From assembly GCA_964016885.1 (NCBI GenBank), contig OZ024743.1, positions 234,050,001-234,114,000 on the forward strand: a stretch of 64,000 nt of DNA, given 5' to 3'. The notes beneath the pieces were generated by a model. The model was not told the origin of the DNA, searched no databases, and worked only from the letters and a program-made list of their open reading frames with translations. Origin of the DNA: Eledone cirrhosa. Its lineage: Eukaryota. How positions within the stretch are numbered: the stretch's first letter is position 1; each line of letters begins with the position of its first letter. The translations under genes were made by a program, and so were the position numbers. Positions 1-9,600 of this stretch are shown in pieces.

Positions 1-28
1 GATATCTTGCTGAAATTCACGCCACACA

Positions 29-39
29 TAGCCAATGAG
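29..39 (+). promoter_or_regulatory. CCAAT-box-like motif TAGCCAATGAG, once per monomer; function unsupported
   Basis: Good match to the extended NF-Y consensus (RRCCAATSRG), and no variants seen inside it. Motif match only. Confidence 0.2.
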
Positions 40-100
40 TGTCTGCACATGTACCAGTAATTACAGATCGATCCGACCACGGGCGGCCGGCCCGCGATTG

Positions 101-152
101 AAAAGGTAACTCCGCCGGCAAATCGTCATTTTTGGATTCGTTTTCTTCGAAG
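101..152 (+). ncRNA. Speculative spliced-leader/Sm-class small-RNA-like module, once per monomer
   Basis: AAG|GTAAC donor-like site (junction 105/106), Sm-site-like ATTTTTGG (128-135) and a weak downstream hairpin TTCG/CGAA (137-151), all inside the invariant core. No match to any SL exon I recognise. Confidence 0.12.
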
Positions 153-174
153 CACACCATTCGCCGGCGGACTT
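108..174. repeat. Intra-monomer inverted repeat TCCGCCGGCAAAT (111-123) / ATTCGCCGGCGGA (159-171), present in every unit
   Basis: 12 of 13 positions are complementary (A120/C162 mismatch). It extends through AA108-109/TT173-174 after one further mismatch. The spacer is 35 nt. Confidence 0.85.
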
Positions 175-227
175 TGTTGACGTTTAACACGGTTTGGTTC
201 CACAGCCACAACTATTGATTTTACGGA

Positions 228-454
228 GATATCTTGCTGAAATTCACGCCACACATAGCCAATGAGTCTCTGCACATGTACCAGTAATTACAGATCGATC
301 CGACCACGGGCGGTCGGTTTGCGATTGAAAAGGTAACTCCGCCGGCAAATCGTCATTTTTGGATTCGTTTTCTTCGAAGCACACCATTCGCCGGCGGACT
401 TTGTTGACGTTTAAGACGGTTTGGTTCCACAGCCACAACTATTGATTTTACGGA
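228..454. repeat. Example of a class B monomer (C87T+C91T+C92T+C93T, often with G41C, G57T, G169T)
   Basis: GGGCGGTCGGTTTGCG replaces GGGCGGCCGGCCCGCG. It appears as 'QTD' instead of 'RAG' in the ORF track. About 73 units carry the TTT allele. Confidence 0.95.
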
Positions 455-1135
455 GATATCTTCCTGAAATTCACGCCACACATAGCCAATGAGTGTCTGC
501 ACATGTACCAGTAATTACAGATCGATCCGACCACGGACGGCCGGTTTGCGATTGAAAAGGTAACTCCGCCGGCAAATCGTCATTTTTGGATTCGTTTTCT
601 TCGAAGCACACCATTCGCCGGCGGACTTTGTTGACGTTTAACACGGTTTGGTTCCACAGCCACAACTATTGATTTTACGGAGATATCTTGCTGAAATTCA
701 CGCCACACATAGCCAATGAGTGTCTGCACATGTACCAGTAATTACAGATCGATCCGACCACGGGCGGCCGGCCCGCGATTGAAAAGGTAACTCCGCCGGC
801 AAATCGTCATTTTTGGATTCGTTTTCTTCGAAGCACACCATTCGCCGGCTGACTTTGTTGATGTTTAACACGGTTTGGTTCCACAGCCACAACTATTGAT
901 TTTAAGGAGATATCTTGCTGAAATTCACGCCACACATAGCCAATGAGTGTCTGCACAGGTACCAGTAATTACAGATCGATCCGACCACGGGCGGCCGGCC
1001 CGCTATTGAAAAGGTAACTCCGCCGGCAAATCGTCATTTTTGGATTCGTTTTCTTCGAAGCACACCATTCGCCGGCGGACTTTGTTGACGTTTAACACGG
1101 TTTGGTTCCACAGCCACAACTATTGATTTTACGGA
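228..1135. repeat. Four-monomer marked block (C188G; G9C+G83A; G169T+C181T+C224A; T50G+G96T), repeated at 4995-5902 and 6584-7491
   Basis: The same ordered set of rare variants occurs in units 2-5, 23-26 and 30-33. Confidence 0.9.
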
Positions 1136-3632
1136 GATATCTTGCTGAAATTCACGCCACACATAGCCAATGAGTGTCTGCACATGTACCAGTAATTACA
1201 GATCGATCCGACCACGGGCGGCCGGCCCGCGATTGAAAAGGTAACTCCGCCGGCAAATCGTCATTTTTGGATTCGTTTTCTTCGAAGCACACCATTCGCC
1301 GGCGGACTTTGTTGACGTTTAACACGGTTTGGTTCCACAGCCACAACTATTGATTTTACGGAGATATCTTGCTGAAATTCACGCCACACATAGCCAATGA
1401 GTCTCTGCACATGTACCAGTAATTACAGATCGATCCGACCACGGGCGGTCGGTTTGCGATTGAAAAGGTAACTCCGCCGGCAAATCGTCATTTTTGGATT
1501 CGTTTTCTTCGAAGCACACCATTCGCCGGCGGACTTTGTTGACGTTTAACACGGTTTGGTTCCACAGCCACAACTATTGATTTTACGGAGATATCTTGCT
1601 GAAATTCACGCCACACATAGCCAATGAGTGTCTGCACATGTACCAGTAATTACAGATCGATCCGACCACGGGCGGCCGGCCCGCGATTGAAAAGGTAACT
1701 CCGCCGGCAAATCGTCATTTTTGGATTCGTTTTCTTCGAAGCACACCATTCGCCGGCGGACTTTGTTGACGTTTAACACGGTTTGGTTCCACAGCCACAA
1801 CTATTGATTTTACGGAGATATCTTGCTGAAATTCACGCCACACATAGCCAATGAGTCTCTGCACATGTACCAGTAATTACAGATCGATCCGACCACGGGC
1901 GGTCGGTTTGCGATTGAAAAGGTAACTCCGCCGGCAAATCGTCATTTTTGGATTCGTTTTCTTCGAAGCACACCATTCGCCGGCGGACTTTGTTGACGTT
2001 TAACACGGTTTGGTTCCACAGCCACAACTATTGATTTTACGGAGATATCTTGCTGAAATTCACGCCACACATAGCCAATGAGTGTCTGCACATGTACCAG
2101 TAATTACAGATCGATCCGACCACGGGCGGCCGGCCCGCGATTGAAAAGGTAACTCCGCCGGCAAATCGTCATTTTTGGATTCGTTTTCTTCGAAGCACAC
2201 CATTCGCCGGCGGACTTTGTTGACGTTTAACACGGTTTGGTTCCACAGCCACAACTATTGATTTTACGGAGATATCTTGCTGAAATTCACGCCACACATA
2301 GCCAATGAGTGTCTGCACATGTACCAGTAATTACAGATCGATCCGACCACGGGCGGTCGGTTTGCGATTGAAAAGGTAACTCCGCCGGCAAATCGTCATT
2401 TTTGGATTCGTTTTCTTCGAAGCACACCATTCGCCGGCGGACTTTGTTGACGTTTAACACGGTTTGGTTCCACAGCCACAACTATTGATTTTACGGAGAT
2501 ATCTTGCTGAAATTCACGCCACACATAGCCAATGAGTGTCTGCACATGTATCAGTAATTACAGATCGATCCGACCACGGGCGGCCGGCCCGCGATTGAAA
2601 AGGTAACTCCGCCGGCAAATCGTCATTTTTGGATTCGTTTTCTTCGAAGCACACCATTCGCCGGCGGACTTTGTTGACGTTTAACACGGTTTGGTTCCAC
2701 AGCCACAACTATTGATTTTACGGAGATATCTTGCTGAAATTCACGCCACACATAGCCAATGAGTGTCTGCACATGTACCAGTAATTACAGATCGATCCGA
2801 CCACGGGCGGCCGGCCCGCGATTGAAAAGGTAACTCCGCCGGCAAATCGTCATTTTTGGATTCGTTTTCTTCGAAGCACACCATTCGCCGGCGGACTTTG
2901 TTGACGTTTAACACGGTTTGGTTCCACAGCCACAACTATTGATTTTACGGAGATATCTTGCTGAAATTCACGCCACACATAGCCAATGAGTGTCTGCACA
3001 TGTACCAGTAATTACAGATCGATCCGACCACGGGCGGTCGGTTTGCGATTGAAAAGGTAACTCCGCCGGCAAATCGTCATTTTTGGATTCGTTTTCTTCG
3101 AAGCACACCATTCGCCGGCGGACTTTGTTGACGTTTAACACGGTTTGGTTCCACAGCCACAACTATTGATTTTACGGAGATATCTTGCTGAAATTCACGC
3201 CACACATAGCCAATGAGTGTCTGCACATGTATCAGTAATTACAGATCGATCCGACCACGGGCGGCCGGCCCGCGATTGAAAAGGTAACTCCGCCGGCAAA
3301 TCGTCATTTTTGGATTCGTTTTCTTCGAAGCACACCATTCGCCGGCGGACTTTGTTGACGTTTAACACGGTTTGGTTCCACAGCCACAACTATTGATTTT
3401 ACGGAGATATCTTGCTGAAATTCACGCCACACATAGCCAATGAGTGTCTGCACATGTACCAGTAATTACAGATCGATCCGACCACGGGCGGCCGGCCCGC
3501 GATTGAAAAGGTAACTCCGCCGGCAAATCGTCATTTTTGGATTCGTTTTCTTCGAAGCACACCATTCGCCGGCGGACTTTGTTGACGTTTAACACGGTTT
3601 GGTTCCACAGCCACAACTATTGATTTTACGGA
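1136..3632. repeat. Local 2-mer (A/B alternation, units 6-11) followed by a 3-mer duplication (units 11-13 / 14-16)
   Basis: RAG and QTD units alternate. The private C54T variant sits at 2551 and 3232, 681 bp (3 monomers) apart. Confidence 0.85.
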
Positions 3633-6600
3633 GATATCTTGCTGAAATTCACGCCACACATAGCCAATGAGTCTCTGCACATGTACCATTAATTACAGAT
3701 CGATCCGACCACGGGCGGTCGGTTTGCGATTGAAAAGGTAACTCCGCCGGCAAATCGTCATTTTTGGATTCGTTTTCTTCGAAGCACACCATTCGCCGGC
3801 TGACTTTGTTGACGTTTAACACGGTTTGGTTCCACAGCCACAACTATTGATTTTAAGGAGATATCTTGCTGAAATTCACGCCACACATAGCCAATGAGTG
3901 TCTGCACAGGTACCAGTAATTACAGATCGATCCGACCACGGGCGGCCGGCCCGCGATTGAAAAGGTAACTCCGCCGGCAAATCGTCATTTTTGGATTCGT
4001 TTTCTTCGAAGCACACCATTCGCCGGCGGACTTTGTTGACGTTTAACACGGTTTGGTTCCACAGCCACAACTATTGATTTTACGGAGATATCTTGCTGAA
4101 ATTCACGCCACACATAGCCAATGAGTGTCTGCACATGTACCAGTAATTACAGATCGATCCGACCACGGGCGGCCGGCCCGCGATTGAAAAGGTAACTCCG
4201 CCGGCAAATCGTCATTTTTGGATTCGTTTTCTTCGAAGCACACCATTCGCCGGCGGACTTTGTTGACGTTTAACACGGTTTGGTTCCACAGCCACAACTA
4301 TTGATTTTACGGAGATATCTTGCTGAAATTCACGCCACACATAGCCAATGAGTGTCTGCACATGTACCAGTAATTACAGATCGATCCGACCACGGGCGGC
4401 CGGCCCGCGATTGAAAAGGTAACTCCGCCGGCAAATCGTCATTTTTGGATTCGTTTTCTTCGAAGCACACCATTCGCCGGCGGACTTTGTTGACGTTTAA
4501 CACGGTTTGGTTCCACAGCCACAACTATTGATTTTACGGAGATATCTTGCTGAAATTCACGCCACACATAGCCAATGAGTCTCTGCACATGTACCAGTAA
4601 TTACAGATCGATCCGACCACGGGCGGTGGGTTTGCGATTGAAAAGGTAACTCCGCCGGCAAATCGTCATTTTTGGATTCGTTTTCTTCGAAGCACACCAT
4701 TCGCCGGCTGACTTTGTTGACGTTTAACACGGTTTGGTTCAACAGCCACAACTATTGATTTTAAGGAGATATCTTGCTGAAATTCACGCCACACATAGCC
4801 AATGAGTGTCTGCACAGGTACCAGTAATTACAGATCGATCCGACCACGGGCGGCCGGCCCGCGATTGAAAAGGTAACTCCGCCGGCAAATCGTCATTTTT
4901 GGATTCGTTTTCTTCGAAGCACACCATTCGCCGGCGGACTTTGTTGACGTTTAACACGGTTTGGTTCCACAGCCACAACTATTGATTTTACGGAGATATC
5001 TTGCTGAAATTCACGCCACACATAGCCAATGAGTCTCTGCACATGTACCAGTAATTACAGATCGATCCGACCACGGGCGGTCGGTTTGCGATTGAAAAGG
5101 TAACTCCGCCGGCAAATCGTCATTTTTGGATTCGTTTTCTTCGAAGCACACCATTCGCCGGCGGACTTTGTTGACGTTTAAGACGGTTTGGTTCCACAGC
5201 CACAACTATTGATTTTACGGAGATATCTTCCTGAAATTCACGCCACACATAGCCAATGAGTGTCTGCACATGTACCAGTAATTACAGATCGATCCGACCA
5301 CGGACGGCCGGTTTGCGATTGAAAAGGTAACTCCGCCGGCAAATCGTCATTTTTGGATTCGTTTTCTTCGAAGCACACCATTCGCCGGCGGACTTTGTTG
5401 ACGTTTAACACGGTTTGGTTCCACAGCCACAACTATTGATTTTACGGAGATATCTTGCTGAAATTCACGCCACACATAGCCAATGAGTGTCTGCACATGT
5501 ACCAGTAATTACAGATCGATCCGACCACGGGCGGCCGGCCCGCGATTGAAAAGGTAACTCCGCCGGCAAATCGTCATTTTTGGATTCGTTTTCTTCGAAG
5601 CACACCATTCGCCGGCTGACTTTGTTGATGTTTAACACGGTTTGGTTCCACAGCCACAACTATTGATTTTAAGGAGATATCTTGCTGAAATTCACGCCAC
5701 ACATAGCCAATGAGTGTCTGCACAGGTACCAGTAATTACAGATCGATCCGACCACGGGCGGCCGGCCCGCTATTGAAAAGGTAACTCCGCCGGCAAATCG
5801 TCATTTTTGGATTCGTTTTCTTCGAAGCACACCATTCGCCGGCGGACTTTGTTGACGTTTAACACGGTTTGGTTCCACAGCCACAACTATTGATTTTACG
5901 GAGATATCTTGCTGAAATTCACGCCACACATAGCCAATGAGTCTCTGCACATGTACCATTAATTACAGATCGATCCGACCACGGGCGGTCGGTTTGCGAT
6001 TGAAAAGGTAACTCCGCCGGCAAATCGTCATTTTTGGATTCGTTTTCTTCGAAGCACACCATTCGCCGGCTGACTTTGTTGACGTTTAACACGGTTTGGT
6101 TCCACAGCCACAACTATTGATTTTAAGGAGATATCTTGCTGAAATTCACGCCACACATAGCCAATGAGTGTCTGCACAGGTACCAGTAATTACAGATCGA
6201 TCCGACCACGGGCGGCCGGCCCGCGATTGAAAAGGTAACTCCGCCGGCAAATCGTCATTTTTGGATTCGTTTTCTTCGAAGCACACCATTCGCCGGCGGA
6301 CTTTGTTGACGTTTAACACGGTTTGGTTCCACAGCCACAACTATTGATTTTACGGAGATATCTTGCTGAAATTCACGCCACACATAGCCAATGAGTGTCT
6401 GCACATGTACCAGTAATTACAGATCGATCCGACCACGGGCGGCCGGCCCGCGATTGAAAAGGTAACTCCGCCGGCAAATCGTCATTTTTGGATTCGTTTT
6501 CTTCGAAGCACACCATTCGCCGGCGGACTTTGTTGACGTTTAACACGGTTTGGTTCCACAGCCACAACTATTGATTTTACGGAGATATCTTGCTGAAATT

Positions 6601-9600
6601 CACGCCACACATAGCCAATGAGTCTCTGCACATGTACCAGTAATTACAGATCGATCCGACCACGGGCGGTCGGTTTGCGATTGAAAAGGTAACTCCGCCG
6701 GCAAATCGTCATTTTTGGATTCGTTTTCTTCGAAGCACACCATTCGCCGGCGGACTTTGTTGACGTTTAAGACGGTTTGGTTCCACAGCCACAACTATTG
6801 ATTTTACGGAGATATCTTCCTGAAATTCACGCCACACATAGCCAATGAGTGTCTGCACATGTACCAGTAATTACAGATCGATCCGACCACGGACGGCCGG
6901 TTTGCGATTGAAAAGGTAACTCCGCCGGCAAATCGTCATTTTTGGATTCGTTTTCTTCGAAGCACACCATTCGCCGGCGGACTTTGTTGACGTTTAACAC
7001 GGTTTGGTTCCACAGCCACAACTATTGATTTTACGGAGATATCTTGCTGAAATTCACGCCACACATAGCCAATGAGTGTCTGCACATGTACCAGTAATTA
7101 CAGATCGATCCGACCACGGGCGGCCGGCCCGCGATTGAAAAGGTAACTCCGCCGGCAAATCGTCATTTTTGGATTCGTTTTCTTCGAAGCACACCATTCG
7201 CCGGCTGACTTTGTTGATGTTTAACACGGTTTGGTTCCACAGCCACAACTATTGATTTTAAGGAGATATCTTGCTGAAATTCACGCCACACATAGCCAAT
7301 GAGTGTCTGCACAGGTACCAGTAATTACAGATCGATCCGACCACGGGCGGCCGGCCCGCTATTGAAAAGGTAACTCCGCCGGCAAATCGTCATTTTTGGA
7401 TTCGTTTTCTTCGAAGCACACCATTCGCCGGCGGACTTTGTTGACGTTTAACACGGTTTGGTTCCACAGCCACAACTATTGATTTTACGGAGATATCTTG
7501 CTGAAATTCACGCCACACATAGCCAATGAGTGTCTGCACATGTACCAGTAATTACAGATCGATCCGACCACGGGCGGCCGGCCCGCGATTGAAAAGGTAA
7601 CTCCGCCGGCAAATCGTCATTTTTGGATTCGTTTTCTTCGAAGCACACCATTCGCCGGCGGACTTTGTTGACGTTTAACACGGTTTGGTTCCACAGCCAC
7701 AACTATTGATTTTACGGAGATATCTTGCTGAAATTCACGCCACACATAGCCAATGAGTCTCTGCACATGTACCAGTAATTACAGATCGATCCGACCACGG
7801 GCGGTCGGTTTGCGATTGAAAAGGTAACTCCGCCGGCAAATCGTCATTTTTGGATTCGTTTTCTTCGAAGCACACCATTCGCCGGCGGACTTTGTTGACG
7901 TTTAACACGGTTTGGTTCCACAGCCACAACTATTGATTTTACGGAGATATCTTGCTGAAATTCACGCCACACATAGCCAATGAGTCTCTGCACATGTACC
8001 AGTAATTACAGATCGATCCGACCACGGGCGGTCGGTTTGCGATTGAAAAGGTAACTCCGCCGGCAAATCGTCATTTTTGGATTCGTTTTCTTCGAAGCAC
8101 ACCATTCGCCGGCGGACTTTGTTGACGTTTAACACGGTTTGGTTCCACAGCCACAACTATTGATTTTACGGAGATATCTTGCTGAAATTCAAGCCACACA
8201 TAGCCAATGAGTGTCTGCACATGTACCAGTAATTACAGATCGATCCGACCACGGGCGGCCGGCCCGCGATTGAAAAGGTAACTCCGCCGGCAAATCGTCA
8301 TTTTTGGATTCGTTTTCTTCGAAGCACACCATTCGCCGGCGGACTTTGTTGACGTTTAACACGGTTTGGTTCCACAGCCACAACTATTGATTTTACGGAG
8401 ATATCTTGCTGAAATTCACGCCACACATAGCCAATGAGTCTCTGCACATGTACCATTAATTACAGATCGATCCGACCACGGGCGGTTGGTTTGCGATTGA
8501 AAAGGTAACTCCGCCGGCAAATCGTCATTTTTGGATTCGTTTTCTTCGAAGCACACCATTCGCCGGCTGACTTTGTTGACGTTTAACACGGTTTGGTTCC
8601 ACAGCCACAACTATTGATTTTAAGGAGATATCTTGCTGAAATTCACGCCACACATAGCCAATGAGTGTCTGCACAGGTACCAGTAATTACAGATCGATCC
8701 GACCACGGGCGGCCGGCCCGCGATTGAAAAGGTAACTCCGCCGGCAAATCGTCATTTTTGGATTCGTTTTCTTCGAAGCACACCATTCGCCGGCGGACTT
8801 TGTTGACGTTTAACACGGTTTGGTTCCACAGCCACAACTATTGATTTTACGGAGATATCTTGCTGAAATTCACGCCACACATAGCCAATGAGTGTCTGCA
8901 CATGTACCAGTAATTACAGATCGATCCGACCACGGGCGGCCGGCCCGCGATTGAAAAGGTAACTCCGCCGGCAAATCGTCATTTTTGGATTCGTTTTCTT
9001 CGAAGCACACCATTCGCCGGCGGACTTTGTTGACGTTTAACACGGTTTGGTTCCACAGCCACAACTATTGATTTTACGGAGATATCTTGCTGAAATTCAC
9101 GCCACACATAGCCAATGAGTGTCTGCACATGTACCAGTAATTACAGATCGATCCGACCACGGGCGGCCGGCCCGCGATTGAAAAGGTAACTCCGCCGGCA
9201 AATCGTCATTTTTGGATTCGTTTTCTTCGAAGCACACCATTCGCCGGCTGACTTTGTTGACGTTTAACACGGTTTGGTTCCACAGCCACAACTATTGATT
9301 TTAAGGAGATATCTTGCTGAAATTCACGCCACACATAGCCAATGAGTGTCTGCACAGGTACCAGTAATTACAGATCGATCCGACCACGGGCGGCCGGCCC
9401 GCGATTGAAAAGGTAACTCCGCCGGCAAATCGTCATTTTTGGATTCGTTTTCTTCGAAGCACACCATTCGCCGGCGGACTTTGTTGACGTTTAACACGGT
9501 TTGGTTCCACAGCCACAACTATTGATTTTACGGAGATATCTTGCTGAAATTCACGCCACACATAGCCAATGAGTCTCTGCACATGTACCAGTAATTACAG

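Larger units (their letters stand above)
1..227. repeat. Consensus (class A) monomer; phase arbitrarily set at the EcoRV site GATATC
   Basis: Unit 1 carries the majority allele at every variable site. Hand count: 51 G + 60 C of 227 bases; 19 CpG. Confidence 0.97.

Noticed and set aside
136-152. CENP-B box
   Set aside because: ATTCGTTTTCTTCGAAG matches only 6 of the 9 essential positions of NTTCGNNNNANNCGGGN. An overlapping window scores equally, which suggests chance.
57-169. Synthetic polylinker or construct (FseI, EagI, PvuI/ClaI, BstBI, NaeI, EcoRV sites)
   Set aside because: No vector, marker or designed barcode is present, and the natural-looking mutation and duplication history argues against a construct.
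17-211. 64-aa minus-strand ORF (MWLWNQTV...) repeated 269 times, as a tandem gene family
   Set aside because: It starts at TTG and resembles no domain I recognise. Nonsense alleles arise freely (G96T, C78T, G100A, G152T) and G96T has been amplified to nine copies. Most variants are non-synonymous. 227 is not a multiple of 3, so no long repeat protein is possible.
1-227. 5S rRNA or tRNA tandem gene array / Pol III unit
   Set aside because: No recognisable 5S sequence or cloverleaf. GGTTCCACAGCC (196-207) is only a poor B-box match with no convincing A box.
1-227. Hammerhead-ribozyme satellite (newt, schistosome or cricket type) or viroid-like concatemer
   Set aside because: The CTGANGA catalytic core is absent on both strands. 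Other ribozyme classes were not evident by eye; excluding them needs a covariance-model search.
904-910. Shine-Dalgarno-like TAAGGAG created by C224A
   Set aside because: No start codon or ORF follows at a suitable distance on the + strand, and the context is a eukaryote-like satellite.
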